From positions 186,001 through 250,000 of the forward strand of contig JAUFOR010000008.1 of the NCBI GenBank assembly GCA_040285745.1: a stretch of 64,000 nt of DNA, written 5' to 3'. The notes beneath the pieces are model-generated. The model searched no databases and had not been told where the DNA came from. It was given only the letters and a program-made list of their open reading frames with translations. Of the stretch, positions 43,527-54,063 are shown in pieces (position 1 is the stretch's first letter; each line of letters starts with the position of its first letter). The stretch comes from Barthelona sp. PCE (lineage: Eukaryota). The position numbers and the translations under genes were made by a program.

Positions 43527-44378
43527 TTACAAATCCTTGACATTGTGGAACTCTAAACGTTCAACAGTGGATTTTTCGTCATCATAGTACATGGGGGTAC
43601 AAGTCAATGTGTCCCAAAACATGTACCCTGATACAGAACCACATTCGTGGCGAGAAAACTGTCTGGTCACTGTACAAAACCGTGTAAACTGTCTCTGACT
43701 ATCACAGAACCACAATGCACCGTCTTCTGCACGATAACATGAATTAAACTCGAAGAAATCAACTCCCTCCATTTCTTCCAAATTCATGATAGCTTCCGTC
43801 TTCACTGTACGGTCTTCGTGTGTACATAGCACTAAGCCAGATGTTGTGACAAGAATATCACCCCTGCAGTCATTTATAACCTCGAATGCATGCAATAGTT
43901 CATCACTAGTTAAGAAAACACATGTATAATACATTTCATACTGTGATTCATCCATTTCATGATACATGTTGACCTCTTCGTTTTCATTAACGAAATAAAT
44001 ATTGTGACAATGCGCATTTCCCTTTGGAAAAAATATATTAGCATCGTATAGAGTATCTTTTTTCGTGAATTGTTCAATTGCAAACACCACAGTGCCTGAG
44101 TAGTCCTTTATGTTGCGTATGTATGATCTGCAATTATAGTAAAAGCCATCATACAAAGCCAAAGCACCAAAATATTGACTCTCATGCACCTCAACAAGAC
44201 TATCACCCCGCCATTCGTAATTCTTCACAGCAAACTCCCCATTGACATAAGCAGAAAACACGCTAAAAGAACCACATGAACGTTTCAGCAGCGACAGTTG
44301 CACAATTGGTCCATATGACCCAACTACACGAACACCAAGGTTATCAACTGAGTCTGTATCTTCTACAACTGTAACCAT
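43527..44378 (-). CDS. Hypothetical protein
   Basis: About 283-aa ORF fills the gap between flanking genes. Confidence 0.55.
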   Translation of the reverse strand: MVTVVEDTDSVDNLGVRVVGSYGPIVQLSLLKRSCGSFSVFSAYVNGEFAVKNYEWRGDSLVEVHESQYFGALALYDGFYYNCRSYIRNIKDYSGTVVFAIEQFTKKDTLYDANIFFPKGNAHCHNIYFVNENEEVNMYHEMDESQYEMYYTCVFLTSDELLHAFEVINDCRGDILVTTSGLVLCTHEDRTVKTEAIMNLEEMEGVDFFEFNSCYRAEDGALWFCDSQRQFTRFCTVTRQFSRHECGSVSGYMFWDTLTCTPMYYDDEKSTVERLEFHNVKDL

Positions 44379-44430
44379 AAACAACAAGGACCAAAAAGGA
44401 AGAAAAAAAACTCACATCAATTCTACTTTA

Positions 44431-46728
44431 TTACTGGAAATCTTCAAGATCAAGCATATCCTCCTCAATCTCGTCAGGTTTCTCCTCAACGGGCTCCTCA
44501 ATGTCAGATTCCTCTTCTTCTTCTTCTTCTTCGAACAAAAAGGCGTGGGTTTCGCGCAGATCGTCTTCTCTAATCAGACGCTCTTCAACGATCTTGACAA
44601 TCTCGAAAACTTCCTTAACAACAAGATCACTGTCCTTCTGCACGGTCCTAAAGTCCTTAGCGAAGGATTCAAAGTGCTCCCAAGAGCTAACAAACTGACC
44701 ACGGATCTTTTCGAACTCTGCGTCAACCTGTCCACGATCCATCTCAATGAAACGAGAACGGGCAGTCTTCCACATACTGAGAACGTTGTCGTGTCTCTCC
44801 TGCTCGAATATGTGAGCAGGAAGAGGACGCCAGTTCCACCTTTCGATATCTTTAACCTTCTGGGAGAACAGTACCTGGCCATCCAATGAGAATACGGTAA
44901 ACGAGCCTTCGCTGATGGCTGCGTCACGATCAGCAATGCTTGCAATGAACTGTCCACAAGGAGAGATCTTGAGGTTGTTGAAACCTCTGTTCTCGAACTG
45001 ACAGAGCTGCACAATCTCGAGCTCGTTACGAAGAGAAGAGCGATCAACGTTGTGCATATAACCAAATGCGTAGACTTCGCAGTCGTTGAGAGTCTCAGCC
45101 TGCTTGAGGATGAACATCTGGCCAACGGGGTTCCAGACGAGTGCACACTCCTTGCGCTTCTTGAACGTATCAACATGACGGATGGAACAGTTCTGAGCGA
45201 CGGGATTAAGGTCATAGATCTTGATGATGCGCTTGGACACAGAGGACTGAACCTCAGCACCCTGGATGGTTGTATCAACCTTACCGTCGATCTCGATAGA
45301 AAGATGGTCACCGTGGGGCTCGAACGAGAGCTCAAACTTCATATCGTCACCCAACTCAACAATCTCGATCGGGATCTCAGGCTCCTGCATCTTGAGGATC
45401 TCGATTGTAACAGAGCGCTTGGCAGTCTTCTTACGGCCAACCAAACATGAAACAGCAAAGTAACGACCTTGTGGGTGCCACTCAAAGTTGAAATCCTTAG
45501 TTTGGAGGAGGGTCTTGGACTTGATGATGGAGCCTGATGGGATCTCAAACAGAATTAGATGACCTGGCTTGTTGTTGGTAGCGGAAACGAAACCGGCGGC
45601 AACTGGAGTGCCAGTGGCACAAGGGGAGCATGTGAAATGATGCAGGTTGTTGGTTGTGAAGCTTGTTGGGAGCTTACGACCACCCTGATGCAAGTCATAG
45701 AAGAAGACAGAGTCGCCACGATGGAAACAGAAGTAACGGTCGTCTCCTGAAAAGTCCATCTTGAACTTGGGGTGGACACCATCAGGGCTGACAAACTTCA
45801 TGGGAACTGTGGATTTCTTCTGGTTAATGTCCCAGACATTGAGCATGTTAATAGCAAAAGTAGCAGTTCTGTTACCAACCTGACGCTCTTCGATAGACTC
45901 CTTCGAGATAGAGACAATGTAGCTGCCAGAGGGTGAGAACCATACAGCACGGACGCCGGGGTGGTAGAACCTGCTGATGAGTCTGAAATCGGAACAGCCA
46001 AAGACCATAATGTGGTCGCCGCTGTAGCTAAGGATGAAACGACCGTCTGCGCTGAACTCAAAGGGGCGCATCTCGCCTGCAGGGTCGATTCTGGAGGTGA
46101 GAACTGGGAGGTTGTCAGTGTACTTCTTGAACCAAGAGAGAGTCGTCTTACGCTTGTTTTCGCGATCAACTGATGAGTACATAATCTGAGAGCGGAAGTC
46201 TGGGTCGTCAACGTAGTCGAAGGGGTACTCCACAGGCTCAAATTCAGGCATTTCGGGCTCAGTGTACTCTTCACCAATATTGAGGATTTCATCAAGACTC
46301 GACAGAACAAAGGCTGAAACACGGTGTTTCTTATCGAAGGGGAGGTTTTGGACGAGACGGGCACATTCCTTAGCCTTGTCAGCATCAGCGTATTCAACGA
46401 GAGCACAACCAAAAGTGTTATCATCTTCTCCAAAGAGCAAATCAAAGTTTAAGAACTTGCCTAGCTTGTCTTTGAACTTCCTGAGTGCAAAACTCTTAAG
46501 TTTACCAGCCTTTTCGGTGTCAACAATGGGGAAACCATAAATGACAACATGGTTGGAAAGAATAGGCTCATCAGGGAGCAGGGGCTGGCCCAGTTGCTGC
46601 ATAGCAATGTCTTCAATGTCTGCTTCTTCTAAAAATTCAACATCGTAATTCTTAACAAGGAATTCAGCCATTTCTGGTGTTACATCCTCGACTTTGTCTG
46701 GAATGTCTTCAAGCTTCCACTGGTTCAT
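44431..46728 (-). CDS. EIF3B: Translation initiation factor 3 subunit B
   Basis: N-terminal RRM (GFPIV..EK..KL; FDKKH), beta-propeller, WRPLP. Confidence 0.9.
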   Translation of the reverse strand: MNQWKLEDIPDKVEDVTPEMAEFLVKNYDVEFLEEADIEDIAMQQLGQPLLPDEPILSNHVVIYGFPIVDTEKAGKLKSFALRKFKDKLGKFLNFDLLFGEDDNTFGCALVEYADADKAKECARLVQNLPFDKKHRVSAFVLSSLDEILNIGEEYTEPEMPEFEPVEYPFDYVDDPDFRSQIMYSSVDRENKRKTTLSWFKKYTDNLPVLTSRIDPAGEMRPFEFSADGRFILSYSGDHIMVFGCSDFRLISRFYHPGVRAVWFSPSGSYIVSISKESIEERQVGNRTATFAINMLNVWDINQKKSTVPMKFVSPDGVHPKFKMDFSGDDRYFCFHRGDSVFFYDLHQGGRKLPTSFTTNNLHHFTCSPCATGTPVAAGFVSATNNKPGHLILFEIPSGSIIKSKTLLQTKDFNFEWHPQGRYFAVSCLVGRKKTAKRSVTIEILKMQEPEIPIEIVELGDDMKFELSFEPHGDHLSIEIDGKVDTTIQGAEVQSSVSKRIIKIYDLNPVAQNCSIRHVDTFKKRKECALVWNPVGQMFILKQAETLNDCEVYAFGYMHNVDRSSLRNELEIVQLCQFENRGFNNLKISPCGQFIASIADRDAAISEGSFTVFSLDGQVLFSQKVKDIERWNWRPLPAHIFEQERHDNVLSMWKTARSRFIEMDRGQVDAEFEKIRGQFVSSWEHFESFAKDFRTVQKDSDLVVKEVFEIVKIVEERLIREDDLRETHAFLFEEEEEEEESDIEEPVEEKPDEIEEDMLDLEDFQ

Positions 46729-46924
46729 GTTTTATAAGTGGAAAAATGCAAAAATGCAAAATATAAAGTGAAAGAACGTGATAGTAAGTAAAAGTCTGAA
46801 TTTTGAAAATATAACAGTCTTTGCTGTTGTAAATCCTTGAATCTTCGAGTATGAGCAGTTGGCTACAGCTTTCATCGCTTCAGAATATTTGTTTTTGCAT
46901 ATTATCGCTCTTTCTTGTATTCAA

Positions 46925-47806
46925 ATGCGTCCGGACACCAAACCCACAGAATCTAAGCCGTTGTATGCTTCTTCTACGCTTATTTTCATCGTAGTTGTCT
47001 CACTTGTCAATATTTTCCTTCACTTAGGAGAATTCTTTGGCAATGCTATTGTTGTTGGTATCATCGGTGCCGTTTTTGCCTTTATCGTTTATTACCTTTC
47101 ATACGCATATAATATGCTTAAGAATCACTCTGTTGAAGCTAAGGATATGTTTTATGCCAGCGTTTGGGGTTTCCTCTCCATCTTTGTAGTCTTTCCCTAC
47201 CAATTCTTCCTTTCCAGCGCATGCGGATCACTTGCAAAAGATCCTTCTTCAGTTCTTTATGCAATCCTCTACGCCATGTTCGGAAACGCTTTTGCTGTTG
47301 AGTTCTTTTCAAAGTTCATGATTCTTTACATCCTCCGTGGCAAGTTCGTGAGCAAGGCTTCAGGTTCTTATCTCGGTTTCACGGCCGGTTTCTTCTATGG
47401 CCTCGCCCACTTTTTCGAAACCCTCCGCAATGATCGTTTCACCTTCAACCGCACAGTCGTTGCTATGGGTTTCTGCCTCCTCCAAGGTCATTGGGGTTCA
47501 ATTACTGGTGCTTTCATGGCAGGTATGACCATGAACAACAAAACCAGCAACAAAACCAGCAACACCCTCAGTCCTATGCTTTATTCATGGGTCTTCCACG
47601 GTATTGTCACCTTCTGGCTCACCTATTTCAAGCCTAGCTTCTGCGGTGTCAGCGAGACGATGTGCGAAATTGGTACTTACGGTTTCTACCTCATTGTTGC
47701 CATTGTTGCCACCATCATGCACATTCGCTTCATGAAGGATGTCCGTGAAGTTCAGAACCTCTCTGTCAAGCGTATGCAACCCACCGCCTCTGCTAGAAGA
47801 TTGTAA
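46925..47806 (+). CDS. PrsW-like multi-pass membrane protein with degenerate active site
   Basis: AVEFFSKF, GFTAGFFYG, FHG; about 8 TM helices. Confidence 0.55.
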   Translation: MRPDTKPTESKPLYASSTLIFIVVVSLVNIFLHLGEFFGNAIVVGIIGAVFAFIVYYLSYAYNMLKNHSVEAKDMFYASVWGFLSIFVVFPYQFFLSSACGSLAKDPSSVLYAILYAMFGNAFAVEFFSKFMILYILRGKFVSKASGSYLGFTAGFFYGLAHFFETLRNDRFTFNRTVVAMGFCLLQGHWGSITGAFMAGMTMNNKTSNKTSNTLSPMLYSWVFHGIVTFWLTYFKPSFCGVSETMCEIGTYGFYLIVAIVATIMHIRFMKDVREVQNLSVKRMQPTASARRL

Positions 47807-47834
47807 TGTGATGTAAAAAATCTAAATGAGAACA

Positions 47835-48956
47835 CTAATTTTTTTGCAGATTTTTGGCCAACAATAGGGCGTCCTTTACCTTTGTGATACCGTTAAAAAC
47901 GTCAGAGTTCTTAATGCCAAGGCATTCAAGACCGTACGTATGTCGAGCTCCAATAAAATGATTCTCAAATGACCGATGTCCCTTGTACACATGGTTGCCA
48001 CATATCTCACATGTGTACTCTACATTCATGCCCGACGCTTTAAATAAAAAGAACGGGATTGGTTCACCGTCAAAATCTAGTGGGCGTTGTACCTTTCGCG
48101 CTACATGCTGCGTTTCAGTGTCTGTGGGTTTAATGTGCTGTAACTCGGCAAGTGTGTGGTTTTCAAGGCTCTCAATAAGCTCAATGGTGCTATCTATGAT
48201 ACCATTCTCAACATAGAAAGAATGCAAGAGAACACACCCAATTTGGTTTCTAATGAAGGTTGTGATGGGTTTTTTGTGCTCCTGTGGATTCGACGCACGT
48301 CTTTTATGCTTCTTTGAATTCATGTGTGCTATAAAAACATTGGCGTTTCCAAACTGTTTGTTGCAAACTTCACACACGCTTTCATCCCTCACCTTCACAA
48401 AGGCATCGTTGATATCCCCTTCGATCTCCGCCGTGTCCAGAAGTGGATTGCTTTTCGTGAGATACTCTAACAAATAATGATACGACATGTCAACCACATC
48501 AAATCCTTTTGCAATTGATAATTTCTCCATGTAAAACGGCATGCGCTCAACGAAATCTGTATATTCCACTGCCTCGGTTTCATATACATTGCAAAACTTC
48601 GTGTATATCTCTGTCAGATCAAGCGTCTTACCAAACTGCTCTAAACCTGTGTAAATAGGAGTTTTGAACCCTGTATTCGACTGCACTCGAGTTGGAATAT
48701 CGTCTATACCAATGGATTCGACGGTGCCCTTCCTTAAACCTCTGACAAAATCATCAAAATCTGGAAGCTCAGTCGATTCCATAGATTGCAATGCTGTATG
48801 CGCCTTTTCAAGGCATTCAGAGCCCTTTAATATGTGAAACCCAACCTTATGTGATGCTAAAGAGTCATTTGATGCAAGCAAATTTGATACAATGTGCTCT
48901 TCTCGCATCTGTGCTTCAGTAAGCCACATTCGGATGGAACAAAGTCGTTCGTCCAT
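47835..48956 (-). CDS. SF3A3: Splicing factor 3A subunit 3 (Prp9)
   Basis: EQFGKTLDL, DGEPIPFFL, CEICGNHVYKG...HF...RHTYGLECLGI. Confidence 0.92.
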   Translation of the reverse strand: MDERLCSIRMWLTEAQMREEHIVSNLLASNDSLASHKVGFHILKGSECLEKAHTALQSMESTELPDFDDFVRGLRKGTVESIGIDDIPTRVQSNTGFKTPIYTGLEQFGKTLDLTEIYTKFCNVYETEAVEYTDFVERMPFYMEKLSIAKGFDVVDMSYHYLLEYLTKSNPLLDTAEIEGDINDAFVKVRDESVCEVCNKQFGNANVFIAHMNSKKHKRRASNPQEHKKPITTFIRNQIGCVLLHSFYVENGIIDSTIELIESLENHTLAELQHIKPTDTETQHVARKVQRPLDFDGEPIPFFLFKASGMNVEYTCEICGNHVYKGHRSFENHFIGARHTYGLECLGIKNSDVFNGITKVKDALLLAKNLQKN

Positions 48957-49064
48957 ACAAACAATGCAAATGAAATGGTAATATTTACGAAAACAAAATG
49001 TTTTCGCATTTCGATCCTCTTTCAGCATTAACCGTTTGTTTTTATTTTGCATAGCACGATCAAC

Positions 49065-49445
49065 ATGTCAAACGAACACAAAGAGCCAGAAAGTCATTCT
49101 TTTCTAACCATACCAGATGTTGTATTTCCATCTCGTGTTGTGAAGAACCTTCTTGAGACTGAGCTCCAAAATTACCTTGGAGACAAGTCATACCACTCAG
49201 AGGAAACTTTATCATGGTCAAAAGAACTTGCAGACGAATTGAAATTCAAGTTTAAGCGAATGAATGTGCCGCGCTATAAAATCGCTGTACAAGTTCACAT
49301 TGGTGAGAACAGAGGACAGGGTATGTGCCTCCAAACAAGGTCCTTCTGGGACGCAAACACAGACAGTACTTATTCGGCCAGTTTTCAGAACAAAACCCTT
49401 TGGGCAACAGCTACTGTCTATTTTGTGTTTGTTTATAGTAAGTAA
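49065..49445 (+). CDS. Tctex-1 family dynein light chain
   Basis: PRYKIAVQVHIGE..GQG, WDANTD, FQN. Confidence 0.9.
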   Translation: MSNEHKEPESHSFLTIPDVVFPSRVVKNLLETELQNYLGDKSYHSEETLSWSKELADELKFKFKRMNVPRYKIAVQVHIGENRGQGMCLQTRSFWDANTDSTYSASFQNKTLWATATVYFVFVYSK

Positions 49446-49769
49446 GTAAAATTGTACAATTTTAGATGCTTTGGAGCAAGTTCAAAATATGAGCTTTATA
49501 AAAAAAAGCCAAAAAATGATATTATGCCGATGATATGCCCTTATTTGTGGCTCATTATATATTCTGTTGCTGATTTTGATGCTTACTTGTCAAATAAATC
49601 ATCATATCAAAAAAGGGCCATGGGATAGGTTCAACGCATTGTAAAACTGCAAATTTCATTCCATCTAAATCGATTTAAATCCTAAATCAGACTCGGGGGT
49701 CAAGAATTTGTGAGATGAAACGCTACCAGTTTCGGTAAGTATTTTTTATACCATTTCAACATTATTACA

Positions 49770-51284
49770 ATGCAAAGTACTGAATCACACAACAGACCTG
49801 AAGCTGAAAGACTCAAAGATCAAGCCAACAGGTTTTACAAAAACGGAAGATATCAAAAGGCTTTGAAAATCTACACAAACTCCATTCTCGCTGATCCCAC
49901 ATATGCTGTTGCGTACAGCAACCGTGGTGCGTGCCACATGCAACTGGACGATTTCAACGCAGCACTGGATGATATTCACACAGCCTTAGAGATTGATCCT
50001 CACTATCACCGCGCCATTGTCCGTTTGAGCACGATTCTCTGTGCTCTGGGCCGCTTCCACGAGTGCGTCACCGTCCTTGATCCCTTTAAGGAGGAGAGCA
50101 CTGATATTCGCGGAGAAATGGGCAAAGTGGAGCGTTATGCAACAGAGATTGATAAGTCATTAGAGTCAATTGCAGTCGAGAACTACTCCAATGCCGAGCG
50201 TATCCTCAAGCGTCTTCTGGAAGACGTTGTCAAGCATAGTCTTCCGGTTGCTATGATGTATGCAATGGCGTTCATAGGCCAAAAGAAATTTGATGAGGCC
50301 AGACAGTTTATTGCCGCCCAGAAGAGAAAGGCAAAAACGCAAACTGAGAAGGATCACTTCAGCTTTACGGCTAAACTTGTCAATTTTTATGAGTCCGGTA
50401 ACGCGGATGCTCTTAGTGCTGAAATTAATCAATTGCGAAGCATCATGCCCAGTAATTCATTGCTCCGTCAATATGCAAAGCGCCTCCGTGACTTTGCATC
50501 CAAGAAGCAGGAAGGTAACGATTTGTTTAAGGCTAAGTCGTATGAAGATGCTATTGTAGCTTATTCAAATGTTTTGGTACCTCTTGAACTTAAAATCACA
50601 ACCGAAAACTCCCCTTCACTACTCTTTTCTTATTTCAGAAATATGTATTTCGAAAGAGACACACACTTAGAACTTGTATATGACCAGTTTGACTTTAAGA
50701 GCAACGCAAAGATTTTTGGTAACCGTGCTGCGTGCTATATGTCCACCGAGGAGTACGAAAAGGGACTCATTGATAGTGAGAAGGCACTATCTTGCGATCA
50801 CCAGTATACCAAAGCACTGGCTCGTCGTGCACAGTGTTACGTTAAGCTTGGGAAGTTCCAAAACGCAGTAAGCGACTTCGAGCGTCTCATCAAGGAGGAT
50901 CCTGGCAACCCTGAATGGCGTCAGCACCTCCAGGCTGCTCAACAAATGCAGAGGACAACTGGAGACAAGGACTTTTACAAGATTCTTGAAATTGAAAAGA
51001 GCGCTTCAGCTGATGATATTAGAAAGGCGTACAAGCGCATTACACGACAGAACCATCCAGATAGAACCCGTCACCTCAGTGATGCTGAAAAGGAACTTGC
51101 GCAGGAGAAATTGCAGAGCGCCAACGAGGCATACGAGGTGCTGTCCGATCCTGACAAGAGGAGAAGATATGACAGCGGTGGCTACTCAAGCGCTAATCCA
51201 TTCGGTGGCGGTGGATCTCCATTCGGCGGAATGAATATGGGTGGAGGTATTCCCCCTGAAATTCTTCAAATGATGATGAACGGT

Positions 51285-51319
<35 letters not shown>

Positions 51320-51416
51320 AGGCTCACGTCGTCGTCGTACCAGAACCTCAGGCGGCTTCGGCGGCATGGGTGGCATGGGCGGCGGTGCTCAAAACGTTGA
51401 ATGTCAACAACAGTAA
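49770..51416 (+). CDS. DNAJC7: TPR plus J-domain co-chaperone, DNAJC7-like
   Basis: TPR repeats (YSNRGAC, GNRAAC), DFYKIL...HPD...AYEVLSD, G/M-rich tail. Confidence 0.9.
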
Positions 51417-51433
51417 ACAAAAAATAGAATAAA

Positions 51434-52186
51434 CTACACACACTCTTCTTCTGTTGGTGGTAAAGATGGTAATAGATCTGTTCTCATTGGTTTGAACTTT
51501 GATTTCTTCTTTTTTGCACTTCTCCGCTGCAGGTTTCGTGAAAAGTCCCCCTCGTCTGCCGGTGAATGTTCAAACTGCCTCCTTTCTTTTGCAACTATAC
51601 GTTTAACTGCGCGTTTGTTCCGTTTCTCGGCCTCTTCGACTTGTGTTGAGGTCTTACGAGCAAGCAATTGCGTGCTTAGATCCATTTTCAACTTTCGTTG
51701 TTTCTTTACCGATTTCGTTTCAGATTTAGGTGCTGCAAGGCTTGGAATGTATTCCAAATCAATGTCTGACTCCTCCTCCTCCTTGATATCGTTTGTAAAA
51801 TCCTTCCAACTTGACACGCGTTGTCCTTTAGCACTCTTTGGGGTATCGAAGCCTGAAACTCTATGTTTCCTACCCTGGGCTGACTTCTGTGTGTACAGTT
51901 CTGTCGCTGACTTATCTGGAATCCTGTTAGGAGTATGTTTAGGAGAAAACGAAAGCTCTTCCTTAACAATATCTACTGCTCGATTCACGCTTTTCTTCTC
52001 GATAGCTGTGACTCTGGTAGCGATCGACTCAATGCTATTTGCTAGAATATCCTGAAATCGCAGAATATCATCAAGTTTGCCCATAAACTCATCTCTCAGA
52101 GCCTTTATCCCTCTTATCATTGCATAAGCCCCAGATTCGAGCTCGCTTAAGTGCTCTGCACTGTTGGTATTATCACTTACATTCAT
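51434..52186 (-). CDS. Hypothetical coiled-coil/basic protein
   Basis: ATG at 52186 lies just downstream of the neighbouring gene's stop. Confidence 0.6.
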   Translation of the reverse strand: MNVSDNTNSAEHLSELESGAYAMIRGIKALRDEFMGKLDDILRFQDILANSIESIATRVTAIEKKSVNRAVDIVKEELSFSPKHTPNRIPDKSATELYTQKSAQGRKHRVSGFDTPKSAKGQRVSSWKDFTNDIKEEEESDIDLEYIPSLAAPKSETKSVKKQRKLKMDLSTQLLARKTSTQVEEAEKRNKRAVKRIVAKERRQFEHSPADEGDFSRNLQRRSAKKKKSKFKPMRTDLLPSLPPTEEECV

Positions 52187-52217
52187 GAAAAATGATAAAA
52201 AACTATTTACACGCAAG

Positions 52218-53987
52218 TTACGAAAATTCGAACTTGCTAATTGGTTCAAGCATTTCATGTGCTTCGTCTTCGTCAAGATCCTGTTTAACTCGATAGAAAA
52301 CTTTACGATAAAGCGATCCATTGTGACCATTTTTCCGCTCTGCCTCCTCAACCGACTGAACCGCAATTTCATACGACTTAGCCTCCAATGCAGCAATTGT
52401 TCGCTCCGATGGATCTCGGATTGCAGCAACAAACGGTCTCAAAAACGGTTCTTTCATGTTCGCAGTAGCGCATAACTCTCGAATAAAAATCTTCATGGGC
52501 ACCGTACACTTAAGACGACCAGAAAAGAACGCCTTACTGATAAAATGAGAGACAATCTCTTGCTGTTGACCTAGATTGGCCATAGCACGAAGTTTCTGAA
52601 CTTCCTTCATTTGTTGAGGAAGATTAAACGATTGTTTAACAAAAGCATGGCTCAATTCGCTCCGTCTAGGTGCTGTGGAGTGGAAGAAATGACAATAGTA
52701 GTACAGATCTATGGGAGAATCGCACGTCTTCAACAAATTTGGACGCTTAAAGTGCTGGAATTCAATAGGAGGGTTTGTTGCCTCTAACCTTCGATCATTC
52801 ATCTCAACAAAATGCACATGTTGTATGAAACGAATGTCCTCCTCTATCAGCTCACCAAGCCAAACGTAAGGAGTCATTCTAATTCTATCCTTAACACGAT
52901 TCAACGCCACAATACGCTGATCAAAGTCCTTGATGTCGTTTGCGAGGTGATACAATTCCAGAATCGTCTTTTTACCTCTGCCCGACTGTTCCAAGAAATC
53001 TACAAGTCGTTCAGGATGTTTAAGACTTAGAAATCGATCTACAAAGCTGTGTAGAGTGGTAAACTCGTCGATTAGATCACAGAATATGCTAAACTGAAGC
53101 GTATTGTATGAAAAAATAATTATTTTTTCAAGTGCAACCACTGACTTCTGCTCAACAGCTGCAAAAAGAAGCTCACGTTGCAGCCTCAGTGCTGAGTACT
53201 TTTCAAGGCTTACGTCAATACCTTCTTCAATCGATCGAATTACATCCGAAAACGTTTGAGGCTCATATTTATCCAATTCTGCCTGAAGAGTACTAATCTT
53301 CACTTCGTAATCCTTAAGCTTCTTCCGAAGGGCAAAGATCTCTGAGTCAGTTGTCGATGACCTGCGCCGCCGTGCGGAAGGTGGACGTTCTGTTGATACT
53401 TTTTTCGGCACTTCAGAATAGACAACTGGAACTGGTTGAATCTGAGACTCAGGGGCGGGATATGAGACCTCGGGCAGATCAATGTTGATGGAAACCTCAC
53501 CTTTTGGCTTGGTGTTAGCGTTAGGTTTTGAAATTGGAGATTCTTTCTTGATAGGTTGATGTTTAACTTCAGAAGATTCTGCACCCAAAGGGAGTCCAAA
53601 TTGAGCTTCTTCTTCCTTGTTCTCCTCTTCTGGCTCGCTATCTAAATCCTGAGCCAATGTACCACTAAATGGAATATCTTCTACTGGTTCCTGAGCGTTT
53701 TGTGTGTGCTCTACATCATGCACCGCAATGATGGTGGGTTCTGGTTCCTCTACCTGTTGAACTGGCTCTGTGAAAGGCTTGATATCAAAATTAAGTGAAA
53801 GATCATCTGTTTGACCAAAAGAACCAATATTAGATTCTCCAAACGTCGGAGTTGGGTCATCGTTGCGATTTAAAAACTCCATATAAACATTTGAAGCAGC
53901 AGTTTCACGAAAGGGTTTAGAAGTTGGTCTAAAATCTGACATACTGTCAAATTCGAGATCAATATCCATGTGTGCGTCCATTTGCAT
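52218..53987 (-). CDS. SPE-39/VIPAS39 (Vps16 C-terminal)-like protein
   Basis: Disordered N-terminus, then SLEKYSALRLQRELLFAAV and a helical region recalled as SPE-39-like. Confidence 0.5.
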   Translation of the reverse strand: MQMDAHMDIDLEFDSMSDFRPTSKPFRETAASNVYMEFLNRNDDPTPTFGESNIGSFGQTDDLSLNFDIKPFTEPVQQVEEPEPTIIAVHDVEHTQNAQEPVEDIPFSGTLAQDLDSEPEEENKEEEAQFGLPLGAESSEVKHQPIKKESPISKPNANTKPKGEVSINIDLPEVSYPAPESQIQPVPVVYSEVPKKVSTERPPSARRRRSSTTDSEIFALRKKLKDYEVKISTLQAELDKYEPQTFSDVIRSIEEGIDVSLEKYSALRLQRELLFAAVEQKSVVALEKIIIFSYNTLQFSIFCDLIDEFTTLHSFVDRFLSLKHPERLVDFLEQSGRGKKTILELYHLANDIKDFDQRIVALNRVKDRIRMTPYVWLGELIEEDIRFIQHVHFVEMNDRRLEATNPPIEFQHFKRPNLLKTCDSPIDLYYYCHFFHSTAPRRSELSHAFVKQSFNLPQQMKEVQKLRAMANLGQQQEIVSHFISKAFFSGRLKCTVPMKIFIRELCATANMKEPFLRPFVAAIRDPSERTIAALEAKSYEIAVQSVEEAERKNGHNGSLYRKVFYRVKQDLDEDEAHEMLEPISKFEFS

Positions 53988-54063
53988 TAGCTGTATATAT
54001 AAATTATTACGAAAAGGGGTGAAAAACAATAAAACAAAAAATGCTGAAATTTTATTGACAATA

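Noticed and set aside
44574-46445. Long alternative-frame ORFs within eIF3b
   Set aside because: Ser/Arg-rich shadow frames of a biased CDS
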